This document shows positions 21,701-29,196 of a DNA stretch of 64,000 nt, piece after piece. Positions within the stretch are counted from its first letter, which is position 1. Each line of letters starts with the position of its first letter. The position numbers and the translations under genes are program-made. The stretch comes from Candidatus Latescibacterota bacterium (GTDB taxonomy: Bacteria > Latescibacterota > UBA2968 > UBA8231). The stretch lies in assembly GCA_965261395.1 (NCBI GenBank), contig OZ253462.1, positions 2,432,001 to 2,496,000 on the forward strand, read 5' to 3'. The notes below the pieces were generated by a model. The model was not told the DNA's origin and did no database searches. It saw only the letters and a program-made list of their open reading frames with translations.

Positions 21701-23314
21701 ATCGAACGCGATTGGCGAGATCATGCGGACACCATTTTTTCATTCTTCGACGGGTGTGTCAAGGAGGCTGAGAACCAGGAACGGGGTTTCATCGAAAAGC
21801 TGCGTCAAGTCGAACGCGACTGGCGAGACCATGCGGACACCATTTTTTCATTCTTCGACGGGTGTGTCAAGGAGGCTGAGAACCAGGAACGGGGTTTCAT
21901 CGAAAAGCTGCGTCAAGTCGAACGCGACTGGCGAGACTATGCAGGCACCATTCTTTCATTCTTCGAGCAGCGTATCAAGGACGTTCGGAACCAAGAACAG
22001 GGTTTTGCCGAAAAGCTGCGTCAGGCCAAACGCGATTGGGCGAGATTGCAGAGAGAGGAACAGGCATGGGACGCTTGGTGTGCTCAACATGAATTTTCTA
22101 CCGATCGTTCTTCTCTGCTCGATACCATGGATACCCGCTTGCGCTATACTGCCTTTAAATTGGCAACCCATTACTGGGAAGGCCGGTGGTTGCTTGAAAT
22201 GCGTGAGCAGTTCAATACAGACTACAAAGAAAGTCAATCAGAAAAAAAACAGAAGAAACGGTGGCGGCGTTATGCAAAGTTGGCCCCCTGCTTTGTCTCA
22301 ACCCTATACACACTGCCTAACCTAATGCATGCTTTTAACGGTAAACATGTAACATTGTTCGACTTCATCGACCTTCTTATTATTGATGAAGCTGGCCAAG
22401 TTTCCCCTGATGTGAGTGGCGCGACGTTTGCATTAGCCAAAAAAGCTCTCGTTGTGGGGGACATGCAGCAAATTGAACCTATATGGGGCATCACTGAGTC
22501 TATTGATATTGGTAACTTACGCGAGAAAAAGGTGGTCTCCACCGGCGATGAAGATGAAATATCAGCATTTTTTTCTACAGGTCTTGCGGCCTCAAGCGGA
22601 AATCTTATGAAAGTCGCACAGCGCGCTAGCCCATATCAAAAATCTGATGAGCGTGGCCTCTTTGAGCGTGGTATGTTTTTGACGGAACATCGTCGCTGTG
22701 TACCAGAGATTATTCAGTACTGCAACCGACTCGCGTATGGAGGACGTCTGATCCCGATGCGGGAGAGTGAGGTGGATTATCCACTACCTCATCTTGGCTA
22801 CGCACATATTTCTGGACAATCACGTCGAGTGGGAGGCAGTCGGGACAATCGAGATGAGGCGACTGTTATTGTAAGATGGATTGCAGAGCATCGTGACATG
22901 CTTGCATCGCATTACTCTAAGAAGAGCTTGAGCTTGGATCAGATCGTCGCAATCGTTACGCCTTTTAGACCGCAGGCCAACCTGCTCCAGGAGCTGCTGA
23001 AGAAGTCCGGTATTACTGAGTCGTTAAAGGTTGGTACCGTCCATATCTTACAAGGAGCAGAGTGCCCCGTCGTGATCTTTTCTCCTGTATATGGTATCGA
23101 TGATCGCCCACCGTATTTTTTTGATCGTGGCAATTCCATGCTCAATGTGGCAGTTTCACGTGCTAAAGACAGCTTTCTCGTTTTTGGGAACATGAACAAT
23201 TTTGATCAGAAGGCTTCTTCAAAACCATCAGGCCTCTTAGCCAGTTTCTTGTTTCAAGATGAAGCAAATGGAATCACTCAAGCTGCGTCCGTGCGTGACC
23301 CTCTATTCGGATAA
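18797..23314 (+). CDS. SF1 (Upf1/DNA2-like, YjhR-like) helicase with large internal repeat insertion
   Basis: YWRACLAD N-terminus, GPPGTGKT, SSNNQAV, DEAGQ, VGDMQQIEP, EHRRC, TVHILQGAE, NVAVSRAK. Visibly AT-richer than its flanks. Confidence 0.9.
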   Translation: MEHLDRIVAYWRACLADSARRNIDSSRLEKAHSVEITIEPSRSYIPSQIASRMVDDFKRKEKKKTSRQKAVSQEKSTEEGELVSVLICPIVARPKTDHTIRRVGREKPLTPVWIPARLSRDGDLTPSDEFMPWIPRDLLAPAQVAETIGNVEAMDHFLTHNPTIQNGENPDNEPRWIDVCQYSNDMLQRVVGQTVEEFDVKGYEREVTPRILLNEDVWFIPSHIIRLYDAILLRLEDESLAPPKLLPRLTSLRDEPLRPLLDENQRVEKSAQHLGYMEWRHPLSVSQREAVDHFLTLSDGGILAINGPPGTGKTTLLQSVVASLWVDAALHEREPPVIFASSSNNQAVTNVIDSFGDVPEDKSLLRGRWIPELKSYGLFCPSSSRAQEALDRQYQITTSWPNPSGFFLPPSSENSEKWNGGNIEDEVFISLAEQYFLERCRDYMKSCGNMNVVNVKDAVRLLHRQLEEKTNVIYQGVQTWLQVERIKTELSDRYGSRGGIETHLTQCANDLEVCQKEIVQYREAQQGWLNHVDTVVSFFKQLVKGARNQEQGFAEKLRQAGRDWRDHADTILLFFEQRVKEAGNQERDFAEKLHQIQTGLSDLYGGGHRGIETHLTQCANDLETCQKKIVQYREVQQGWLDHVDTVLSFFKQLVEDAENQEQGFAEKLHQAGRDWRDHADTILLFFEQRVKEAGNQERGFAEKLHQIQTGLSDLYGSHGGIETRLTQCANDLEVCQKEIVQYREAQHDWLDHVDTVIPFFKQLVKDAENQEQGFAEKLHQAGRDWRDHADTILLFFEQRVKEAGNQERGFAEKLHQIQTGLSDLYGSRGGVETHLTQCANDLETCQKKIVQYREAQQGWLDHVDTMPWWMTLFGFLPWVKGRIEIRNRRYLLSIRSTCLVDPLDIKGIMDFFDGCVKEAENQERDCAERLHQIERDWRDHADTIFSFFDGCVKEAENQERDCAERLHQIERDWRDHADTIFSFFDGCVKEAENQERGFIEKLRQVERDWRDHADTIFSFFDGCVKEAENQERGFIEKLRQVERDWRDYAGTILSFFEQRIKDVRNQEQGFAEKLRQAKRDWARLQREEQAWDAWCAQHEFSTDRSSLLDTMDTRLRYTAFKLATHYWEGRWLLEMREQFNTDYKESQSEKKQKKRWRRYAKLAPCFVSTLYTLPNLMHAFNGKHVTLFDFIDLLIIDEAGQVSPDVSGATFALAKKALVVGDMQQIEPIWGITESIDIGNLREKKVVSTGDEDEISAFFSTGLAASSGNLMKVAQRASPYQKSDERGLFERGMFLTEHRRCVPEIIQYCNRLAYGGRLIPMRESEVDYPLPHLGYAHISGQSRRVGGSRDNRDEATVIVRWIAEHRDMLASHYSKKSLSLDQIVAIVTPFRPQANLLQELLKKSGITESLKVGTVHILQGAECPVVIFSPVYGIDDRPPYFFDRGNSMLNVAVSRAKDSFLVFGNMNNFDQKASSKPSGLLASFLFQDEANGITQAASVRDPLFG
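20264..21391 (+). repeat. Intragenic tandem array, about 3.4 copies of a 330-333 bp (110-111 aa) unit
   Basis: GACCCAGTGTGCAAATGATTTGGA recurs at 20308, 20641, 20971 and 21301. Confidence 0.95.
21526..22040 (+). repeat. Intragenic tandem array, about 5 copies of a 108-bp (36 aa) unit
   Basis: FFDGCVKEAENQERxxxExLxQxERDW four times, plus a diverged fifth copy. Confidence 0.95.
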
Positions 23315-23357
23315 AATCCATGGCCACCGATCCAGCGCTCCTCCACCGTGATCCCCA
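23309..23357 (+). pseudogene. Diverged duplicate of the 5' end of the class III aminotransferase gene
   Basis: 42/49 nt identical to 24044-24092. Encodes MATDPALLHRDP versus MTTDPALLHRDP. Confidence 0.85.
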
Positions 23358-23394
23358 CTCGGCGCGTACCCTCAACTGACTGTTGAGTTAAAAC

Positions 23395-23432
23395 GAAATC
23401 CCCGTAACATCAGACGATTTTACGGGGATTTC
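23395..23432. terminator. Strong hairpin, possible terminator or element-end structure
   Basis: GAAATCCCCGTAA...TTACGGGGATTTC: 13-bp perfect arms, extendable to 17 bp with one mismatch. Confidence 0.6.
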
Positions 23433-23570
23433 AGGACCCGGTGGCCCTGCAAAAGAGGCTTATATCGCTAAAATCAGCCCTTTTCCGTAGATTATTCCAA
23501 ATAACTCAACAGCTTCTAAAGGGAGTAGAGGCGGCATTTGAAACGAAATCTGAGGAAGGGAGCCTACACT

Positions 23571-23771
23571 ATGCCACCTGTCAAAGAGCAGTATATCATC
23601 GACGAAAATGGTCAGCGCGTCAGCGTGGTGCTCGAAATCGGTGCCTACCAAAAGCTGCTGGAAGAGCTAGAGGAGCTAGAATCGATTCGGGCCTACGACC
23701 AAGCTAAGTCGAGAGACGATGAGGCGATTCCTTTTGAGCAAGCGGTGGAAGAAATCGAAAGGGAGCGCTGA
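23571..23771 (+). CDS. Type II antitoxin
   Basis: Small acidic protein (QYIIDENGQRVSVVL...LEELEELESIRAYD...IPFEQA) directly upstream of a RelE-type gene. Confidence 0.8.
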   Translation: MPPVKEQYIIDENGQRVSVVLEIGAYQKLLEELEELESIRAYDQAKSRDDEAIPFEQAVEEIERER

Positions 23772-23773
23772 AA

Positions 23774-24025
23774 TTGTACGATCTTAGAATCCGGCGGCAA
23801 GCGCAGAGAGAGTTGGCCCAATTGCCGTCTGGGATCTATGAGAAGGTGCGCGATGCTGTGCGGATGCTGGCCAACCAACCCCGTCCAGCAGGATGCCGCA
23901 AACTGAAGGGTCGTGAAGGCTGGCGCATCCGGGCTGGGGATTACCGAGTAATTTATGAAATTGACGATCAGCAGAGTACAGTGACGGTTTTACACATTGG
24001 ACATCGTCGAGATGTTTACCGCTGA
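23774..24025 (+). CDS. relE: RelE/ParE-family toxin
   Basis: PRPAGCRKLKGREGWRIRAGDYRVIYEIDD...IGHRRDVYR. Confidence 0.9.
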   Translation: MYDLRIRRQAQRELAQLPSGIYEKVRDAVRMLANQPRPAGCRKLKGREGWRIRAGDYRVIYEIDDQQSTVTVLHIGHRRDVYR

Positions 24026-24054
24026 ATGCGAGACTGGCTACTTGGATAAAACCC

Positions 24055-25410
24055 ATGACTACCGACCCAGCGCTCCTCCACCGCGACCCGCAATACACCT
24101 ACCCGGTCCTCGTCAAAGGCGAGGGGATTTATTTGTACGACGAAACCGGCAATCGCTATATCGACGGCACGGCCGGGGCCGGCAACGTCACCTTGGGCCA
24201 CGGTCGCCATGCTATCGTCGAGGCCATGGCCGCCCAAGGGCGGGAGTTGGCGTATTGCTTTTCGACGTTCTTTACCAATAAGCCGGCCCTCGAGTACGCC
24301 CGCCGCTTGGCCGAGCTGGCTCCCGGAGATTTGAACCACGCGTACTTTGTCTCAGGCGGCTCCGAAGGCGTGGAGACGACTATTAAACTGGCCCGTTTGT
24401 ACCATTTGCAGAGGGGCCAGGCGCAAAAACACCAGATCATTGGTCGCTGGCGCGGCTATCACGGCGCTACTTTGGGTGCCTTGGCCGCTACCGGGATGCC
24501 GGGACTGCGGGCACCCTTTGAGCCTTATCTGCCGGCTTTTCCGCACATTGCCTCTTGCTATCCCTACCGCTGCGCTTTTGCTGGTTGCGCGGATCGCTGC
24601 AATTTGACCTGTGCCCGACAGTTAGAAGAGACCATCCGCGAGGTAGGGGCTGACAACATCGCCGCCTTTATCGCCGAGCCGGTGGTCATGGCCGGGATCG
24701 CTGCCGGGGCTCCGCCGCCCGATTACTATCCCCTCATCCGCCAGATCTGCGACGAGCACGACGTCCTCTTTATCGCCGACGAGATCATCACCGGCTTTGG
24801 CCGCACCGGCAAACTCTTTGCCATTGAGCACTGGGATGTGGTGCCCGATATGATTGTTTTCGGCAAAGGGGCCAGCAGTGGGTATGCGCCCTTGGGAGGG
24901 GTATTGCTGAGCGAACAGATGAGGGAGGGTCTCACTCGCAACGGCCAAGCCCTACCGCACGTTTTTACCTATGTCAACAACCCAGTGTCTATGCGGGCCG
25001 GCTTGGCCGTACTGGAGTTGCTGGAAGAAGAAGGCATCGTGGAACACGCCGCTCAGGTCGGGGCCTATTTGCAGGAAAAGGCCCAGGGCTTGACGCGCCA
25101 TCCTTGCGTCGGCCAAGTGCGTGGCAAGGGCCTGATGTTGGGCATTGAACTGGTCCAGGATCGCCGCAGTCGCAAGCCCTTTCCCTCCGAGTGGGGCGCG
25201 TCGCGTCGCGTGCCCCAACTTACTTTGGAACGGGGCTTGGCCATTTCGGGCACTAGCGGGGGAGCCGACTGGATTGAGGGCGACGATTTGCGCTTTTACC
25301 CGCCGCTGATCATTACCCGGCAACAGCTCGACGAGTCCTTGGCCATCATCGACGAGTGTTTGGGCCTGCTGGAAGGGGAAATGCGGCAAAAGGGCTGGGT
25401 GCCAACCTAG
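24055..25410 (+). CDS. Class III PLP aminotransferase
   Basis: GEGIYLYDETGNRYID, SGGSEG, YHG, FIAEP, DEIITGFGRTG, PDMIVFGKG. Confidence 0.93.
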   Translation: MTTDPALLHRDPQYTYPVLVKGEGIYLYDETGNRYIDGTAGAGNVTLGHGRHAIVEAMAAQGRELAYCFSTFFTNKPALEYARRLAELAPGDLNHAYFVSGGSEGVETTIKLARLYHLQRGQAQKHQIIGRWRGYHGATLGALAATGMPGLRAPFEPYLPAFPHIASCYPYRCAFAGCADRCNLTCARQLEETIREVGADNIAAFIAEPVVMAGIAAGAPPPDYYPLIRQICDEHDVLFIADEIITGFGRTGKLFAIEHWDVVPDMIVFGKGASSGYAPLGGVLLSEQMREGLTRNGQALPHVFTYVNNPVSMRAGLAVLELLEEEGIVEHAAQVGAYLQEKAQGLTRHPCVGQVRGKGLMLGIELVQDRRSRKPFPSEWGASRRVPQLTLERGLAISGTSGGADWIEGDDLRFYPPLIITRQQLDESLAIIDECLGLLEGEMRQKGWVPT

Positions 25411-25443
25411 CCAGTGTTCCGCAACCGAAACCGCGAAACGACC

Positions 25444-26937
25444 CTATTCAATAGGCCAGATTGCCCCCATCTGCCATACGTCCAGTGATCGCACCGTCGC
25501 CTTGCCGCCTCGTGCAAATAGCTGTACGCCGAGACTATCCGGGCGGGCGGGATAGATGCGCTTGGCCAAATAATGGCGGTCATTGGCGAAAACCTCCACC
25601 ACGCTCCGATCCACGAATACCCGCAATTCTATCGGCTTGCCGTAAGGGAGATCAAACGCACACCGTTGCGATTCGCGATTGCTCACCTCTGGACTGGTGC
25701 TGGACCGATTCACGTCCAAAATCAACTCCCTGAGCGGTCTAATCTCTTGCGGCGCACGGTTGGCAGACCATGGATTGAGGTTGAAACGAATAAGGGTTTG
25801 CTCTGCGCCGTCCGGCGAACAGCAAACTTTCAACCCGAATTCTTCGGCACTCTCCCATTCAAACACCGCTCGAATTTCCAGCCGGTTCCCTTTGATCTCG
25901 TCGAGTTGATTCTCTTCGTTTGCGGTCAATTGGATGTCGGAAAAATGCGCGTGCTCACCTCGCAACGCCTCTAATTCTGGAACGGGTTCCATGAGCAGAT
26001 CGCCGTCAGCGGACAACGACAGAACCATTGGGAGGGCAAATATCCCCGCCCAGCTAGAGGCGCGTTGGACGTAACTATAGCGTCCTTCATGGAGGCGGCC
26101 GAATAGAATGCGGCGGCCTTGGTCATCCAGTAACGTTAAGCCCTCGTTGTACACACCCGGGCGACCTACTTCGCCGAGTGCTAACCGCTTATGGCGTTCC
26201 GGAGTGAACCTGTGGTTGGCGTACGTGCCGATGTAGAATTGCGCCCCACGCGGGTGACTGGTGAAGGACAGTACATGTTTGTCCCCCAAACGGAAAAAGT
26301 CAGGGCAGCCGCAGTCCTCGCCCCACTCTGTGAAACGGCCTCCCTCGTAGAAGGGATGCAAATACTCCCAATGAGCGAGGTCTGTGGAGGTAAATAGATA
26401 CGCCGCATCTGGGGGGGCCGCACCGCTGTTTCCAGTCAGCGCGTAGTAGGTATCTCCTTCGACCCAAGCACATGGGGCACCAGCGATCCGATATTCATCT
26501 CCTGCCTGCGGATTAGGTATAATCGGGTTCGCCGGATGCTTTTCCCAATGGATAAGCAGATCATCGTCGCTGGTGGCGAGACAGATACCATCCGGCAAGC
26601 CGTGATAGATAAATGTGGGCACCCCTTCTTTATTGATAAACGCGGCACCGCTGTAGCATTGGTCCCGGTCTGCCCCCTCCGGCCCGGGCGGCAGCGCAAT
26701 CGGATGGTCCGTCCAGAGAACCAAATCCGCACTGGAGGCGTGGCCCCAATGGATCGTGCCGTGGAAAGCCCCATTGGGATTGTACTGGTAAAAGATGTGG
26801 TATCTGCCTTGCCAGAAAATGGTTCCGTTCGGGTCGTTCATCCAGTTGATCGGGGCTAGAAAATGGTACGCTGGACGGTGCGGGTCCGACGCCAGTTGCA
26901 GACGGCGTGGATCCATGTCGCTTTTCGATTCAGTCAT
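25444..26937 (-). CDS. GH32-family glycoside hydrolase with atypical catalytic motifs
   Basis: RPAYHF, WMNDPNG, YHIFYQYNP, WGHASS, C-terminal beta-sandwich (FVDRSVVEVF). Confidence 0.88.
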   Translation of the reverse strand: MTESKSDMDPRRLQLASDPHRPAYHFLAPINWMNDPNGTIFWQGRYHIFYQYNPNGAFHGTIHWGHASSADLVLWTDHPIALPPGPEGADRDQCYSGAAFINKEGVPTFIYHGLPDGICLATSDDDLLIHWEKHPANPIIPNPQAGDEYRIAGAPCAWVEGDTYYALTGNSGAAPPDAAYLFTSTDLAHWEYLHPFYEGGRFTEWGEDCGCPDFFRLGDKHVLSFTSHPRGAQFYIGTYANHRFTPERHKRLALGEVGRPGVYNEGLTLLDDQGRRILFGRLHEGRYSYVQRASSWAGIFALPMVLSLSADGDLLMEPVPELEALRGEHAHFSDIQLTANEENQLDEIKGNRLEIRAVFEWESAEEFGLKVCCSPDGAEQTLIRFNLNPWSANRAPQEIRPLRELILDVNRSSTSPEVSNRESQRCAFDLPYGKPIELRVFVDRSVVEVFANDRHYLAKRIYPARPDSLGVQLFARGGKATVRSLDVWQMGAIWPIE

Positions 26938-26939
26938 CT

Positions 26940-29162
26940 TCAGTCGCTGCCGAGATAATAGCTGGTCATTGGTACTTGGTCGTACCCCATCGCCTTTAAA
27001 GCCACGTCGATCCGATAGAGTGGATCTTGCATGAGACAGACGCGGCGGTCGATGGCTGGTATGATCGTGGTGTAGATGCGCAGTTCGCCAGAGGTATAGG
27101 TTATAATCTCTTCGCGCCAGTCGCCGAGGATATCGGCCCAGGCCATCACATTACCCTCGATATCGCTGGTCAGAACTGGACCCTGCCACTTGGAGACGCG
27201 GCCTCGGGTTTGTAGTTCGCGCAGCGGGTCGGCGTCCCACCAGACTAGACCATTCAGCGGCGGGATGTCCCCCGGGATGGCTTCGCCCTTGGCCGTATAA
27301 AAGAAACGGTCCGCCCAGACTTCCATACCCGGATAGGCGGGGTCAATGTCGCCGACGAGGGCGCGGTCAATTTCGTTGTCGATCGTTTCGCTGTCCGTAC
27401 CGAAAATGAGGTTGCCGGTGCGAGCGTCCCAGAGACTGACCCCGTTCTGCGGGTGGGGGTCCTCATAGCTGTACCACACTTCTAGGCCGGGGCGCTCGGG
27501 ATCTATATCCGTTACGTAGAACCGGTCCCCGTGGCCCAAGCCGGTACTCCACATAGTGCGGCCGTCGTTGTCGATGGCCAGCGAGCCGTTGAGGATTTCG
27601 TCGCGACCGTCATTGTCAATATCGGCGACGTGAATACTGTGCTGCCCCTGACCCTGGTACTTCCAGCCGGCGCTTTCGTTGGTCCAGCTCCAGGCCTTAT
27701 CGAGCTGGGCGTCTTGTAAAAGCCAAGCTTCTACTTTCATCAGGCCGTAGATCCCGCGCAACACGAGCAGGCTGGGGGTTTTGCCGTCGAGGTAGGCCAC
27801 GCCCAGCATATTGCGGTTCATGCGGTTGCCCACGTCGTCGCCCCAATCGCTGGGTTTGCCCCGTGCGATCCAGGCTACTTTGGCGATTTCCGCGCCGGTC
27901 TCGCCATTCCAGACGGAGCAGTATTCTGGCCCGGTGAGGATGCGCTCGTTGGCTCCGCGCGGATCTCCCTCGCCGGTCTTCAGGGCAACCTCGGCTTTGC
28001 CGTCGCCATTGAAATCGTAAACGATCATCGGCGAGGTCCAGGTACCCAGCTCGATGGACCAGCCCAAGTCGTTGCGCCATAGATAGGTCCCGTCGCGTTT
28101 ATACGCTTCAACTTTGAAGGTGTCCGGGCTGGGGCGCGGAATGCCCGGATCCACCCGGCCCCTCGGACGCTTGACGACAAAATCGTATTCGCCGTCGCCA
28201 TCGAGGTCGCCGATGCCGATCTTGTGGATTCCGTCTTCGGGCAAGTCGTCGCGCAGCTTGATTGAGATGTATTGTCGCGCGGGAGCATTGGCTGGCAACG
28301 TGGCGGACGCAGTCGCCTCCTGCTGTTGTTCCTGTCCTGCTATGATTGACCGCACCCACCAAGTATTCTCCCGATCTAGGGGGGCCGCGGCGTCTGCGAA
28401 ATCCGTAGTTTCTTTTAGAGGTGCAGCATTGAGTTTTATGGCCTTGCCGCCGTCGGTCGCGCGATAGACGTTGAAGGCGATGTCCTCGGGGTCTTGTTGG
28501 CGCAACCGCCAGCCCAAGTAGATCTGGCCCTCGTCGCTGGCGATGGCCACCATGCCGCGTCCGAGATCCTCCGCGACGCGTTCTTGGGCCCAGCCCAATA
28601 ATTTTGCTTTGCGGCCTGGGTTGATCGAATAAAAGTTGAAGTTTGGCGGTATGAATTCTCGCGGACCGACGGGTTCGTCTTGGGTGTAGATCAGGGTTGC
28701 TTTGGTCTCGCGCCGGGGGGAATTGGATACGTACCCGATGGCTAATACTTGCCCGTCTTCTTGCAGACTCCACGTTTCGCTCGTAGCGATTTCGAATTCA
28801 TTGCCTCGGCGACGAAAGGTGGTTTTGGCTGCGATGAGGAGGCTTTGTCCGTCTGCGGTCCAGTTGGCTCTGGATAGGCGCGGGGAGTTTCTGAATTCGG
28901 ACCGGCTTTCCGTACCATCGAGGGGGAAGTTTTCATAGACGGTGAAGCTATTATACATTCGGTCGATCGCGATGTCGTCTTGCTCTTGGATAACAACGAG
29001 CTTAAGAGAAGCGGTCCGGCTGCCGATATCGGAGGGTTCACTTCTGTCCTTCTGTAGATACCAAACTCCGGAAAAATCGACCTTTGCGTCTTGTGCAGGA
29101 GAGTTGGTTGCGATAAAAAATAGGCATAGGGCTGGTAAAGAAAAAAATTTGCTAGTTTTCAT
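26940..29162 (-). CDS. PL11 (YesW/YesX-like) rhamnogalacturonan lyase-like protein with extra N-terminal domain
   Basis: Signal peptide; LGRGMVA, YLGWR, FNVYR, GDLDGDGEYD, YDFNGDGKAEV, AYLDGKTPS..RGIY, GQGQH, GHGD, DILGDWREE, LMQDPLYR. Confidence 0.85.
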   Translation of the reverse strand: MKTSKFFSLPALCLFFIATNSPAQDAKVDFSGVWYLQKDRSEPSDIGSRTASLKLVVIQEQDDIAIDRMYNSFTVYENFPLDGTESRSEFRNSPRLSRANWTADGQSLLIAAKTTFRRRGNEFEIATSETWSLQEDGQVLAIGYVSNSPRRETKATLIYTQDEPVGPREFIPPNFNFYSINPGRKAKLLGWAQERVAEDLGRGMVAIASDEGQIYLGWRLRQQDPEDIAFNVYRATDGGKAIKLNAAPLKETTDFADAAAPLDRENTWWVRSIIAGQEQQQEATASATLPANAPARQYISIKLRDDLPEDGIHKIGIGDLDGDGEYDFVVKRPRGRVDPGIPRPSPDTFKVEAYKRDGTYLWRNDLGWSIELGTWTSPMIVYDFNGDGKAEVALKTGEGDPRGANERILTGPEYCSVWNGETGAEIAKVAWIARGKPSDWGDDVGNRMNRNMLGVAYLDGKTPSLLVLRGIYGLMKVEAWLLQDAQLDKAWSWTNESAGWKYQGQGQHSIHVADIDNDGRDEILNGSLAIDNDGRTMWSTGLGHGDRFYVTDIDPERPGLEVWYSYEDPHPQNGVSLWDARTGNLIFGTDSETIDNEIDRALVGDIDPAYPGMEVWADRFFYTAKGEAIPGDIPPLNGLVWWDADPLRELQTRGRVSKWQGPVLTSDIEGNVMAWADILGDWREEIITYTSGELRIYTTIIPAIDRRVCLMQDPLYRIDVALKAMGYDQVPMTSYYLGSD

Positions 29163-29175
29163 CTCTCATCTCCAT

Positions 29176-29194
29176 TAGTGAAGGTATTGGTAGC
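29176..29194 (+). repeat. Duplicate of the start region of the TIGR01777 gene
   Basis: TAGTGAAGGTATTGGTAGC versus TAGTGAAGATATTGGTAGC at 32497-32515 (18/19 identical). Confidence 0.7.
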
Positions 29195-29196
29195 TG

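Noticed and set aside
20264-22040. Regular repeats as a possible CRISPR array or DGR
   Set aside because: Units are contiguous, in frame and multiples of 3, with no unique spacers. No cas or reverse transcriptase gene is present.
18661-23560. TGAGGAAGGG at both 18661 and 23551 as a target-site duplication
   Set aside because: Only 10 bp, SD-like and purine-rich, so chance is plausible.
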